This document shows positions 9,197-19,100 of a stretch of 64,000 nucleotides of DNA, in pieces. Numbering within the stretch: the first letter of the stretch is position 1; every line of letters starts with the position of its first letter. A program made the translations under genes and the position numbers. Source of the DNA: Candidatus Omnitrophota bacterium (GTDB taxonomy: Bacteria > Omnitrophota > Gorgyraeia > Zapsychrales > Fredricksoniimonadaceae); contig CAIUQE010000020.1 of NCBI GenBank assembly GCA_903901225.1, forward strand, positions 5,092-69,091. The letters run 5' to 3'. Below the pieces are notes generated by a model, which saw only the letters and a list, made by a program, of their open reading frames with translations, did no database searches and was not told the origin of the DNA.

Positions 9197-10069
9197 ATGG
9201 ACCTTCCCCGCGTGATCTCATCCATCCCTTTTATCCTGATCTGCATAACAGGCGCGCTGACCAGTTATTCGGATATCCGTGAAAAAAAGATCAGGAACAT
9301 CCATTTGTTCATGACAGCTTTTCCCGCCCTGGCGCTCTATGCGGTTTCTTTCTTCACGGCGGGATCCCTATGGCAGGCGCCATTAAGCAGTGCTGTCACC
9401 GCCACAGTGGCGGGCGTATTTTTCTTCAGCATCAACCTTTGGCGCCCCGGGGACGCGAAACTCTTCGTCACATATGCTTTTCTCATGCCGCTCACGGGTT
9501 ATGAACAGGTATTCGCTTTACCGTGCGTCCCTTTGTTCATCAACACATTCCTCATCGGCCTGATCTGCTTTACCCCTTTGTTCCTCTGGTCGGTGCTGAA
9601 GCATCCCAAAACTTTGATCCAGGCAATATTTATGATCAAAGACCCGAAAAACACGCTTATCGCGTTCATGGTCATGATATCCGTATCATGGGCGATCCCT
9701 CATTTATTGGCCATGACTGCGTGGCATATCCAACCCTTCACCCGGTGGATCATCATTTCCACGCTATATTTTCTGATCTTCCGGATGGCATCATACCTGG
9801 AGGAATATCCGCAGATCGTGATCCCCTGCGTTATCATCGGCCTGGGCCTTGGCCTGCGCTGGTCACCGGATTTCTACACGCTGGAACACCTCACCCGCAC
9901 CGTCATGACCCTGTGTGCCTATTCCCTGGGCTTCCAACTGATCCACAACCTGATCCGGCAAACCAGGGACAACAAGGACCGGGTAGCTTTCGCGCCTTTC
10001 CTTTTCGCCGGATGCCTGGCCAGTTACACGCCATTCCTCGGCTGGATGCTGAAGATCTTACACCGATGA
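9197..10069 (+). CDS. A24 family (prepilin/preflagellin-type) aspartic membrane peptidase
   Basis: SYSDIREKKIRN (first Asp), PGDAKL (GxGD-like second Asp), C-terminal VAFAPFLFAG, and many hydrophobic segments. No N-terminal Cys/methyltransferase domain. Confidence 0.85.
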   Translation: MDLPRVISSIPFILICITGALTSYSDIREKKIRNIHLFMTAFPALALYAVSFFTAGSLWQAPLSSAVTATVAGVFFFSINLWRPGDAKLFVTYAFLMPLTGYEQVFALPCVPLFINTFLIGLICFTPLFLWSVLKHPKTLIQAIFMIKDPKNTLIAFMVMISVSWAIPHLLAMTAWHIQPFTRWIIISTLYFLIFRMASYLEEYPQIVIPCVIIGLGLGLRWSPDFYTLEHLTRTVMTLCAYSLGFQLIHNLIRQTRDNKDRVAFAPFLFAGCLASYTPFLGWMLKILHR

Positions 10070-11043
10070 AAAACCCCTCCTCCATCGTCATCGAGATCAC
10101 CGGACAGTGCAACCTGCGCTGCCGCCACTGCACCGGCGCCAGCGCGCGCCGCGCCCGCGTCACATTCGCAACTGTCAAAATGATCATTGATGATGCCAGG
10201 CGCAACAAGGTCACGGCCATCAGGTTCACCGGCGGCGAGCCGCTCCTTCATCCCGAACTCCCGCAGATGCTGGCTTACGCCAAAGAACAAAAAATGTATG
10301 TCCTGCTCAATACCAACGCGACGCTGGCAACACCCGCCTGGCTCAACATCTTTGCGCTCCACGTCGATAATATCCTTGTCTCCCTGCAGGGCTGCGACAG
10401 CGCCTCCGACCGCGACCTGACGCGAACGTCCCTGCCGTTCTCAAAAAAGATCAAAAACATCCTTCTGCTGCGTGACACTGTTCCTGTCGTGCGGCTCGGT
10501 ACGGTCATCACGCGGCAGTTCCTTGACGACGTCCCGCGTTACGCGGCGCTGATCGCGAAGATCCGCCCGTATGCCTGGGAACTCTTCCGCCCGATGAGTA
10601 TCCAGGCGCGCCGCGCGATCCGCCTCAATGCCAGTGATTATCAGTCTCTGGCGACAAAACTTCTGGAGCTGTCACAAGAGGGGCTTAACGTGAAACTCGC
10701 CAACGCCCTGCCTTTTTGCGTCCTGCCGGACCTGAAAGCCGCCTCCAGCATCATGCTCGGCGCTCTATCCGACGACGGGCACACGCGGCTTGTCTGGGAC
10801 GCGCGCGGTTTCTACAAGCCAAGTTACTTTATCGACGAAGATCTTGGAAAGAACATCAAGGTTGCCTGGGCTCATACCTTCCTCAGGAAACTCAGGAAGC
10901 CATCGTTCCTGCCCGCGCGTTGCCGGGCCTGCTCCGTCCTGAAGCAATGTCAGGGCGGCAGCCGTGCTTTGGCCATGGCTGCCAACGGGTCTTATTTTAC
11001 CGCGGATCCTTTGTTCCAGCCCCGCGCTCAGCCCACCGCCTGA
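10066..11043 (+). CDS. Radical SAM/SPASM protein (PqqE/AlbA-like architecture)
   Basis: The ATG overlaps the peptidase stop (ATGA). Motifs TGQCNLRCRHC, FTGGEPLLHP, NTNATL and C-terminal CRAC..CQGGSR..A...G....DP. Confidence 0.9.
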   Translation: MKNPSSIVIEITGQCNLRCRHCTGASARRARVTFATVKMIIDDARRNKVTAIRFTGGEPLLHPELPQMLAYAKEQKMYVLLNTNATLATPAWLNIFALHVDNILVSLQGCDSASDRDLTRTSLPFSKKIKNILLLRDTVPVVRLGTVITRQFLDDVPRYAALIAKIRPYAWELFRPMSIQARRAIRLNASDYQSLATKLLELSQEGLNVKLANALPFCVLPDLKAASSIMLGALSDDGHTRLVWDARGFYKPSYFIDEDLGKNIKVAWAHTFLRKLRKPSFLPARCRACSVLKQCQGGSRALAMAANGSYFTADPLFQPRAQPTA

Positions 11044-12406
11044 ACACCTCCGCCGCCCAGCCGCCTTCCTCCAGCTTTCCGAAAATATATTCGAACTGAA
11101 AATCAAGGATCTTGAATGCCGATGAACATCGGGTCTTTGACACGACATTATGCTGCAAGGCGTAATTGACCACCGGGCAATACCCCGTCCAGGGGATGAA
11201 CGGCGAGGCATACTGCGCGATATCCGCGCAGGACGCCTGCAAAAGATAAAGCAGCTTGTCGCTGGACATCATGTCCTGATACCGGTCTTGCAGGATATTG
11301 CCAAGCTTGAACATATCGCCCCCGACCATCCGCGCCTCGTCGCACGGGAAGCACCCCCCGTCGGGCATATAGGCCATCTGCGCGCGCCCGGCCCCGCAGG
11401 GATTCATCAGGTCGACGAACATCGGGTCCTTTTTGGCCAGCACCTTCGTAAGGATGACACGGGCCATCCGTTCATGCATCTCAACACCCTTGCGGTTCAA
11501 TTCCAGGATATGCTCCATCGCCACCCGGTAAAATCGCTGGAATGCCTCAGGGCTGTAACCAAGGGCCTCCCAGCCGCACTCCGCGCCACCCATATTATTC
11601 ACCGGACGCAGGGAGATCTGCGTCTGCCCCTGACGGACGTATTCGTCCACGATCTGCCGGGGATGCCGGAGTGAAGCCGCGGTTATCGTCGGCAGGAATG
11701 ATACCTGCCGGCCGAATTTTTTGCTGAATTCCCGCGCCTTGCCGGTCACGACCCGGTAAGTCCCCCGCCCGTTGGGAAGGACACGGTGGCGGTCATGGAT
11801 ATCCGCGGGGCCATCAAGCGAGGTGCAAACTTTAACGTCATTGTCAGCCAGGACGCGCATTTTAGCCTCATCCAGCAGCGTCAGGTTGCTCACAAGGGAG
11901 ACCGTGACGTTCTTGCCGGGGCGGCCCAGACGGCGCGCGCCCTCGATCAGGAATTTTGCCACCGGCCAGTTCACCAGCGGCTCACCGCCCTGCAATTCCA
12001 GCGTGACATGCGGATTGCGGACATCCTCGAGATAACGCAGGACCTGGCGCGCCACCTCCAATGACATATCCCGGCCTTCCGGGACCCTGGCCTGGCAATA
12101 GGAACATTGAAGATTACATCGGGTCGTGACAACAGCGATATGCAGGGATGTGTCGGCAAAGAGGTTGGTATTGACGGAGCGGAAATCGCGGATCAATTGC
12201 CGGACATTATCCGCGTCGGCCACGAGGCCTCTGGATCGGAGCCTCGCGAACAAAGGCGTGGCGCGGGCCAGGCCCAGCGCGTTCAACTGCCGGAATTCAT
12301 CCGGTGCCAGAAAGTCCCAGCCGCACAACCTGTTACTGACAAGATAACGGCCATTGATCCGGCGTGAATTGAAGGGAGGGATGAAAAAATTGTCGGTCTT
12401 TTTCAT
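10997..12406 (-). CDS. hxsB: His-Xaa-Ser system radical SAM maturase HxsB-like
   Basis: N-terminal PF..RRINGRYLVSN, TSLHIAVVTTRCNLQCSYCQ, ELQGGEPL, TSLDGP..HD..R, LMNPCGAG, FPCDEARM and GYCPV match the HxsB pattern as recalled. Confidence 0.8.
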   Translation of the reverse strand: MKKTDNFFIPPFNSRRINGRYLVSNRLCGWDFLAPDEFRQLNALGLARATPLFARLRSRGLVADADNVRQLIRDFRSVNTNLFADTSLHIAVVTTRCNLQCSYCQARVPEGRDMSLEVARQVLRYLEDVRNPHVTLELQGGEPLVNWPVAKFLIEGARRLGRPGKNVTVSLVSNLTLLDEAKMRVLADNDVKVCTSLDGPADIHDRHRVLPNGRGTYRVVTGKAREFSKKFGRQVSFLPTITAASLRHPRQIVDEYVRQGQTQISLRPVNNMGGAECGWEALGYSPEAFQRFYRVAMEHILELNRKGVEMHERMARVILTKVLAKKDPMFVDLMNPCGAGRAQMAYMPDGGCFPCDEARMVGGDMFKLGNILQDRYQDMMSSDKLLYLLQASCADIAQYASPFIPWTGYCPVVNYALQHNVVSKTRCSSAFKILDFQFEYIFGKLEEGGWAAEVFRRWAERGAGTKDPR

Positions 12407-12443
12407 CTCAATGCCGTCGGCAAGGCTTCCGGCTGATCCTTTG

Positions 12444-13715
12444 TTACTTGCCCAGAAGCGCGAACATCTTCTTTTTGTACGCCTCGACACCGGGCTGGTC
12501 GAAAGGATTGACGCCGAGGATATACCCCGATATCCCGACACCTTTCTCAAAAAAATAATACAGCTGGCCGATATGGAACGCGTCCGCCTGCGCCAGGCTG
12601 ATCGCCATGTTCGGGACCCCGCCCTCGTAATGCGCCTCGGCCGTGGCTTTATACGCCTGGGCATTGACCCATTCCAGCTCTTTGCCCGCCACACAATTGA
12701 ACTGGTCGGTATTTTCCGCCTGGGAAGGGACCACGACCTTGTCCGCGACCTTGTCGATGGTGATGAACGTCTCAAAGATATTGCGCATCCCGTCCTGCAT
12801 CATCTGGCCCATGGAATGCAGGTCGGTGGAAAGGATCGTCGACGCCGGGAATATCCCCCGCCCGCCCTTGCCTTCGCTTTCGCCGTAAAGCTGCTTCCAC
12901 CACTCGGCCACATACTGCACGTTCGGATAGAACGACGCCATCATCTCAATGACCTTCCCCTTGCGGTAAAGGACATTGCGGATGGCGGCATACCGGTAAC
13001 AGCTGTTGCGCGCGCTGTCGGGGTCGGCGTATTCTTTCTCGCCCGCGCGAAACCCGTCGACAAAAGCGCGGATATCAACACCAGCCAGCGCCAGCGGCAC
13101 CAGGCCGACAGGGGTCAGGATCGAGAACCTGCCGCCCACATCGTCGGGAATGACATAGGAACGGTATCCGGCCTTGTCCGCGATCTGGCGCAAGGCGCCC
13201 TTCCTGCCGTCCGTCACGCAAATGACGCGCTTTTTCAGTTCGGCGGCACTGTATTTCTTGCGCATGGCCTCGTCGATGAGGCGGAACGCGAGTGCCGGCT
13301 CCGTGGTCGTGCCGGACTTGGAGATCACGACGACCGTGACATCCTGGCGGGCGATCACATCCAGCACCCTGACGATATCCGCCGAGGACATGTTATGCCC
13401 GGCGTAATGGACCGGGACCGCGGAGGCACCGCCCAGGAATTCCAGCGTGGAGCGGATGCCCAGATAAGACCCGCCAATGCCGATGGAAATAATGGCTTGT
13501 GAATGCCCGGCCACTTCCTTCGCCAATCCGGAAAGCTCCTTGACCAAAAGGTCCGGGGTTTTTGAAGGCAGGTCGACCCAGCCAAGAAAATCATTGCCCG
13601 CGCCCGTCTTCTGGTGCAGGTCCGCGTGCGCCTTGGCCACGGCGGGCGCCAGCGCGTTCAATTCACTCTCGCTCACAAGACCCTTCAAATATCCCGTATC
13701 AAGCCTGATCCCCAT
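12444..13715 (-). CDS. pgi: Glucose-6-phosphate isomerase
   Basis: GIGGSYLG, ISKSGTTTE, DVGGRFS, WWKQLYGESEGK, DLHSMGQ, NPFDQPGVEAYK. Confidence 0.98.
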   Translation of the reverse strand: MGIRLDTGYLKGLVSESELNALAPAVAKAHADLHQKTGAGNDFLGWVDLPSKTPDLLVKELSGLAKEVAGHSQAIISIGIGGSYLGIRSTLEFLGGASAVPVHYAGHNMSSADIVRVLDVIARQDVTVVVISKSGTTTEPALAFRLIDEAMRKKYSAAELKKRVICVTDGRKGALRQIADKAGYRSYVIPDDVGGRFSILTPVGLVPLALAGVDIRAFVDGFRAGEKEYADPDSARNSCYRYAAIRNVLYRKGKVIEMMASFYPNVQYVAEWWKQLYGESEGKGGRGIFPASTILSTDLHSMGQMMQDGMRNIFETFITIDKVADKVVVPSQAENTDQFNCVAGKELEWVNAQAYKATAEAHYEGGVPNMAISLAQADAFHIGQLYYFFEKGVGISGYILGVNPFDQPGVEAYKKKMFALLGK

Positions 13716-13729
13716 CGCTTTCCTGCTCC

Positions 13730-14407
13730 TTATTTCTTGTCATCGGCCGCATTGGCCGCGGGTTTATCCTGGACCTTGTCCGGGGCATCGCTCTTCACCT
13801 TTGGTTTTTCAGGCGCTTTGGCCGCCGCGGGCTTCGGCAGCGGAGGTTTCTCCTTCAGCAGGCCCGCCCCTGTGTCATAGGTCAAGGTGTTCACCAGGAC
13901 ACCATCCCGATAAGAAGACTCGGACTTGGGCTTGCCGCTGTCATCGTATTCGACCAGCGTCCCGTTAAGCACGGCATTCCTGTAAACCATCTGCTGTTTA
14001 ATAGCGCCGTTAGGATAGTACGTGGAAGCTGAACCGCTCAGGACACCGTTCTCGTAGGATTCTTCCTTTGACAACTTCCCGTCCTTGTCGTAATACTTCA
14101 CAACACCCTCGACGGCATTATTCTTGTAAAAACCCGCCATCCTGGTCACGCCGGACTCGTAATACGTCGCCGCCTCGCCTTCACGGCTTCCGTCGGCATA
14201 ATTCGTGACAGCCTTGAGCTTGCCATTCTCGTAATATTCCCTGACCGTGCCGTCAAGGTTCGTATTCCTGTAATTTTCTTCCCTGAGGATAGCGCCACCC
14301 TGATAATAAACACGGTAAGGCCCGTCCGTGACCGGGGATTTCTTCGCCGCCACCGCGGGGCCGCCGGCGACCAGCAAAACGCACAGCATAATGAACAATA
14401 TCCTCAT
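13730..14407 (-). CDS. Exported MORN-variant repeat protein (YwqK-like)
   Basis: Signal peptide, repeated G....YY.NG.....Y.NG units and a Pro/Ala/Lys-rich tail. Confidence 0.85.
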   Translation of the reverse strand: MRILFIMLCVLLVAGGPAVAAKKSPVTDGPYRVYYQGGAILREENYRNTNLDGTVREYYENGKLKAVTNYADGSREGEAATYYESGVTRMAGFYKNNAVEGVVKYYDKDGKLSKEESYENGVLSGSASTYYPNGAIKQQMVYRNAVLNGTLVEYDDSGKPKSESSYRDGVLVNTLTYDTGAGLLKEKPPLPKPAAAKAPEKPKVKSDAPDKVQDKPAANAADDKK

Positions 14408-14429
14408 GATCCCCTCCGAAGGTTAGGTG

Positions 14430-15515
14430 TCATTCCGATAAAGCAGCGTCGATCACCGCGCCGCCCAGCATACGGTCCCCGTCGTAAATAACAACGGACT
14501 GCCCCGGCGCCACGGCTTTTTGCGGCACGTCAAACCGCACGCGCATACGCCCGTCCTCCAAAAAACTGACCTGGGCGTTAATATCGTTGTGATTATACCT
14601 TATCCGGACGCTGGCTTCGATGGTTTCTTTGGAAAAATTCCCGGCCAGCAGGTTAAGGCCGGATGCCTCCAACCCGCGGCTCAGCAGCAGTTCTTCAGGC
14701 CCCACATGCACCCTGTTAAGCAGAGGATCGATACGATTGACGTAGACCGGATGGCCCAGGGCGATGCCCAGGCCCTCGCGCTGGCCGATGGTATAGCGCG
14801 CGATGCCCGCGTGACGCCCGACCACTTTTCCATGTTCATCGATAAAATCTCCGGCCCGGCCCGCCGACCCCGCGTACGCGGCAAGAAAATCCTGATACTT
14901 CCCGTCGGGAATGAAGCAGATATCCTGGCTATCCTTTTTTTCCGCCACCGGCAGGTTGAATTTTCGCGCGAGGCCCCTGACCTCGTCTTTCGTATAACCA
15001 CCCAGGGGAAAAAGCAACGACGGCAGGCTGGCACGGGGCGTGTCATACAAAAAATAGGACTGGTCCTTATGCCGGTCACAGGCCTTGTGAAGCGCGTATT
15101 CTCCCGTCTTCGCATCAAGGATATTGCGGACGTAATGGCCCGTCGCCAGATGGGTCCCGCCGAGCGCTTGCGCGTCCAAAAAAAGCCGCTCGAATTTCAG
15201 GTAACGGTTGCAGCGCGCGCAGGGATTGGGCGTCCGCCCCCGGCCGTATTCCCGGACAAAATCGTCGATGACGAGCGATACCAGCGCGTCACCATAATTG
15301 AGCACATGATGATCGATGCCAAGGCTGCGGCAAACCCATCGGGCATCCTCAATGGACTGCAAGCCGCAGCAACTGGGCCGGCGGGCGGAAGCGCTGGAAG
15401 GAGGGAGCTCAAAACACATAGTGACCCCCGCGACATCAAAGCCCTGCTCTTTGAGCAACGCGGCCGTCACGGAAGAATCAACCCCCCCCGACATGGCAAC
15501 CATCACTTTGGCCAT
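14430..15515 (-). CDS. mnmA: tRNA-specific 2-thiouridylase
   Basis: AMSGGVDSS, GRTPNPC..CN, ATGHY, KDQSYFL, SQDICF, YTIGQR, VAPGQ. Confidence 0.98.
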   Translation of the reverse strand: MAKVMVAMSGGVDSSVTAALLKEQGFDVAGVTMCFELPPSSASARRPSCCGLQSIEDARWVCRSLGIDHHVLNYGDALVSLVIDDFVREYGRGRTPNPCARCNRYLKFERLFLDAQALGGTHLATGHYVRNILDAKTGEYALHKACDRHKDQSYFLYDTPRASLPSLLFPLGGYTKDEVRGLARKFNLPVAEKKDSQDICFIPDGKYQDFLAAYAGSAGRAGDFIDEHGKVVGRHAGIARYTIGQREGLGIALGHPVYVNRIDPLLNRVHVGPEELLLSRGLEASGLNLLAGNFSKETIEASVRIRYNHNDINAQVSFLEDGRMRVRFDVPQKAVAPGQSVVIYDGDRMLGGAVIDAALSE

Positions 15516-17575
15516 ATCGCTCCCTCCTGGCCCGGGTTGCGGCCATCTCCCAGGACATCACCAATGGATCTTTCAACGGCGCCCACCAGCGTATCAAGTT
15601 CAGTGCTGCTCATGGACAAAGGCGGCATCAGGACGATCACATCGCCCAAAGGCCTCAGGATAACGCCATAATGGCGGGCGCGCGCGCAAACCCGCATGCC
15701 CACCCTGTCCTGCCACGCGAAGGGCTGTTGGGAGGGCCTGTCCGCCACAAGTTCTATCCCGACCATGAAACCGCGCTGGCGGATGTCCCCAACGCAGGGA
15801 TGGTCCTTGAGCCGGGCGAGGCGTCCTTTCAGGAACGCGATCTTCGGCCGTAGCGCCGCGACCACTTTTTCTTCCTTGAAAAGGCGGATATTGGCCAGGG
15901 CTGCCGCGCACGCCAGGGGATTGCCCGTGTACGTATGCCCGTGGAAAAATGTCTTCATGTCGCGATAAGGGAACAGGAATCCGTCGAAAACGCGCTGCGT
16001 CGTCAAGGTCGCGGCCAGCGGCAAATAACCGCCCGTGATCCCCTTGGCGACGCACAGAAAGTCAGGGTGGACATCCTCATGTTCGCAGGCGAACATCTTC
16101 CCCGTACGCCCAAACCCTGTCGCCACCTCATCAGCGATCAAAAACACGTCGTGCCGCCGGCACACCTGTTCAAAAAATTTGAGGACGCCCCTTGGCCACA
16201 TGATCATGCCGGCCGCCCCCTGCACCAGAGGTTCGAGCACCAGCGCCGCGATCCTGCCGCGCTCTTTTTTCACAAGGGCCTCGAACCGATCTACCGCCTC
16301 GAAGGCATAGCCCGGATAACTCTTGCCGTCGGGCGCGCGATAACAGTCCGGCATATCGATCCGGAGCGCCTTGAAGACCAGCTTGCGGTACACCTTATGG
16401 AAAAGGTCAATGCCGCCGACGCTGACACTGCCGAGCGTGTCGCCATGGTAGGAATTCCCCAAATGCGCGATGGCTGTTCTTTTTGCATCTCCCTTGTTCT
16501 GCCAATACTGATACGCCATCTTGATCGCGATCTCGACAGCCGTGGACCCGTTGTCCGAATAGAATACCTTCGCGAGGCCGCGGGGCGCGATCCCGACGAG
16601 TTCTTTGGCCAGGAGGATCGCGGGCGTGTTCGAAAGGCCCAGCAAGGTCGAATGGGCAAGCTTGCCGATCTGCGCCCGCAGGGCTTCATCAAGTTGACGC
16701 TTGCGATGCCCGTGCACGTTAACCCACAAACTCGACGCGCCATCGAGGTATTTTCGCCCGGCGGTGTCAATGAGATACGACCCTTCACCGCGGTCGATCA
16801 CCAGCGGCTCACCCGGCACGCCGGCGATCCAGTCCTGCATCTGGGTAAAAGGATGCCAGACATACTTCTTGTCCATGGCAACAAGCCCCCTCCCGTGCGG
16901 TGCGGGGACGGACAAAAGTTTTTTCAAGTTCATCTTGCCGCGGCAGGCGCGCGCGACGGCAACGGCACGGGTGTCTTTCAGGAACGGAACCTCTCCGAGC
17001 ACGGGGACCCCGGCAAGTTCTTTGACCGCCCGGGGATTCGTCCGCTCCGGGATCCCCCGGACGCGGCCGGTCGCGTCGCAAAAAATGATCCCCGCGACGG
17101 GAATGCCCTGCCGTTGGGCTTCCCGCACGGTCAATAATGTGTGGTTGATCGTCCCAAGGCCAAGGCGCGCGACAATGACCAGTTCCCCGCCAAGGTCCCG
17201 CGCAAGGTCTGCCATCAGATAGTTCCCTGTCACGGGCACGAGGAGCCCGCCGGCGCCTTCGACCAGCATCACACTGTGGCGCGCGGCAATGCGTTTGAAC
17301 GCGGCCATGAGCCGCGCGGACGTAACACGCACACCGGCCCGCTTTAACGCAAGATGGGGTGAAAGGGGTTCGCGGGCAAAACAAGGATTGATCTCCCGCA
17401 GGCCATCGGCAAGAGCCAGGTTCTTTTTGAGGAATTCCGCGTCGCCCACCCCCGACTGGACGGGCTTGAAAACACCCGTGTCATGCCCCGCCTTCGCCAA
17501 TAACGCGCCCAGCGCCAGGGTCGTGTAAGTTTTTCCGACACCCGTATCGGTCCCTGTAATAAAAAATGTCCTCAT
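15503..17575 (-). CDS. bioDA: Fused dethiobiotin synthetase / DAPA aminotransferase (BioD-BioA)
   Basis: N-terminal part has [17 protein letters not shown] and [10 protein letters not shown]-terminal part has [32 protein letters not shown] and AKGITGGY. One uninterrupted ORF. Confidence 0.95.
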   Translation of the reverse strand: MRTFFITGTDTGVGKTYTTLALGALLAKAGHDTGVFKPVQSGVGDAEFLKKNLALADGLREINPCFAREPLSPHLALKRAGVRVTSARLMAAFKRIAARHSVMLVEGAGGLLVPVTGNYLMADLARDLGGELVIVARLGLGTINHTLLTVREAQRQGIPVAGIIFCDATGRVRGIPERTNPRAVKELAGVPVLGEVPFLKDTRAVAVARACRGKMNLKKLLSVPAPHGRGLVAMDKKYVWHPFTQMQDWIAGVPGEPLVIDRGEGSYLIDTAGRKYLDGASSLWVNVHGHRKRQLDEALRAQIGKLAHSTLLGLSNTPAILLAKELVGIAPRGLAKVFYSDNGSTAVEIAIKMAYQYWQNKGDAKRTAIAHLGNSYHGDTLGSVSVGGIDLFHKVYRKLVFKALRIDMPDCYRAPDGKSYPGYAFEAVDRFEALVKKERGRIAALVLEPLVQGAAGMIMWPRGVLKFFEQVCRRHDVFLIADEVATGFGRTGKMFACEHEDVHPDFLCVAKGITGGYLPLAATLTTQRVFDGFLFPYRDMKTFFHGHTYTGNPLACAAALANIRLFKEEKVVAALRPKIAFLKGRLARLKDHPCVGDIRQRGFMVGIELVADRPSQQPFAWQDRVGMRVCARARHYGVILRPLGDVIVLMPPLSMSSTELDTLVGAVERSIGDVLGDGRNPGQEGAIWPK

Positions 17576-18351
17576 GCTTTTGCCTCGATCCAGATCACTT
17601 CAAATGTCACGCGCAACGCCTCATCAAAAGTAAAATGCGCGCGGTATTCTTCCGCGGACGCCTTCAACAAGGCCTTCCCCAGAAAGAACCGCGGCGTCAG
17701 GGCGTTCGCGCCGATCCCCTTGAGCCACGCGAGGATGGCGGCCATGTCCCTGAACCCCGCCGTGCGCTCCTCGGATGTCACAACAACATGCCGGAACCCC
17801 GCCGAACCAAGAGCGGCGCGCACCTCATCCGCCCGCGCCAGCCGCTTCATCGCCGGCAATGTCCGTCCCAAACGCGCGGCACCGCGCTGCAGGCTGGTAA
17901 AAAACTCGTTCAGTGTCGTGTACCCGAACAGCACGCCCGTCAAAGGCCTGCCGGGTTTCAGGACCCGTCGGGCTTGTTCAAACGCCAGGGGAAGGTCCTC
18001 CACCCACTGGTAGGCCGAAGACGACACCACACGGTCAAATTTTTCCCGCGCGAAAGGCAACGCGCACGCGTCGGCCTGGACCCACCAGGCTCCGCCGTTC
18101 AAGCTCTTGCCCTGGCGAGCCATCCCCCACGCCGCATCAAGCGCGACGACCCGCGCACCAGCCCGCGCCAATCCCGACGCCAGCGCGCCATCGCCCGCCC
18201 CGACATCCAGGACCCATGACCCGGGCGCGGCATCGATCCTTTTCAAAAGCTCGCCCGCAATCCCCCGCTGGACATCCGCGACCGCTCCATAACGCGCCGC
18301 GGCGTCCGAGAACTTCCGGCGGATGAGCTGTTGGCAGGATGGGGCGTTCAC
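17572..18351 (-). CDS. bioC: Malonyl-ACP O-methyltransferase
   Basis: F..AAARY...A.VQ, LDVGAGDG, ADACALPF, LKGIGA, and bio operon context. Confidence 0.9.
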   Translation of the reverse strand: MNAPSCQQLIRRKFSDAAARYGAVADVQRGIAGELLKRIDAAPGSWVLDVGAGDGALASGLARAGARVVALDAAWGMARQGKSLNGGAWWVQADACALPFAREKFDRVVSSSAYQWVEDLPLAFEQARRVLKPGRPLTGVLFGYTTLNEFFTSLQRGAARLGRTLPAMKRLARADEVRAALGSAGFRHVVVTSEERTAGFRDMAAILAWLKGIGANALTPRFFLGKALLKASAEEYRAHFTFDEALRVTFEVIWIEAKA

Positions 18352-19100
18352 GCGACAGCCCCTTCCAGCAAGGCGTTAAACTCATCGGCACGCGACAAGA
18401 ACGGGAAATGCCCGCACCCCGGCATGATGTTCACCCTGGCCGAAGGGACGATCTCACGCAGGGGCCCAATGACCTCCAAAGGGCAGATCGGGTCATTATC
18501 ACCAAGGACGAACTGCACGGGGACCGTGACGGTCTTCAGGGTCTCCCGCAGGTCCGCCGTCCCCAGGATCCGCAGGAACGCGTGCAATGTTTCCTTTGAT
18601 GGCACAACCTCCTGCTGGCGTGCCTGTTTGATCAAACCATACCAGGGACTGGCGCGTTCCTCAGGTGAAAAAAGCGAACGGAAGAACATCTCAAGGACCG
18701 ACGGGACATCGCCTTCAAGCTGCGCCATGAACTTCCTGATCCGCGGCGCGTCAAGGCCAGCCGGGAACTGAGGCGTATATGTGAACCGCGGCAAGGAACC
18801 CGCCAATGTCAGGGACCTGAAAATACGCGGATAGCTCTTCCACAGCTCCAGCGCCACAAGCCCGCCGAATGAATTCGCCACGGCAATGACCTGGCCATCG
18901 ACGGGCGCGGGACCCAGTGCCCGCGCGACACACGCCGCCATGTCGGGCAAAGTTTCCCCGTGCCAGGGTGCTCCGCCATGCCCCGGCAAATTAACGGCGA
19001 CCACCCGGCCTTTTGTCCTGAAATGAGCGGCCTGGGCGGCCCACAGTTGCGCGCATCCTCCAAACCCGTGAATAAATAAATAGACCGGATCAGCCCGCAT
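18348..19100 (-). CDS. bioH: Pimeloyl-ACP methyl ester carboxylesterase (alpha/beta hydrolase)
   Basis: IHGFG, LPGHG, NSFGG nucleophile elbow, G..D, GHFPFLS; lies between bioF and bioC. Confidence 0.85.
   Translation of the reverse strand: MRADPVYLFIHGFGGCAQLWAAQAAHFRTKGRVVAVNLPGHGGAPWHGETLPDMAACVARALGPAPVDGQVIAVANSFGGLVALELWKSYPRIFRSLTLAGSLPRFTYTPQFPAGLDAPRIRKFMAQLEGDVPSVLEMFFRSLFSPEERASPWYGLIKQARQQEVVPSKETLHAFLRILGTADLRETLKTVTVPVQFVLGDNDPICPLEVIGPLREIVPSARVNIMPGCGHFPFLSRADEFNALLEGAVA

Noticed and set aside
9523-10065. N-terminal extension of the 506-aa ORF 9523..11043
   Set aside because: It overlaps the A24 peptidase in another frame. Radical SAM similarity starts at the ATG at 10066, which is coupled to the peptidase stop.
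1-12443. His-Xaa-Ser repeat precursor (HxsA), HxsC or HxsD
   Set aside because: No HxS-repeat or HxsD-like small ORF was found in the short intergenic gaps. They may lie outside the window.
12407-12775. N-terminal extension of the HxsB ORF to 592 aa
   Set aside because: It overlaps the pgi 3' end and reads as off-frame sequence. HxsB-like sequence starts at 12406.
13730-14407. Antitoxin of a YwqJK-type toxin-immunity pair
   Set aside because: There is no adjacent toxin gene; MORN-variant repeat proteins often get this label without such a role.
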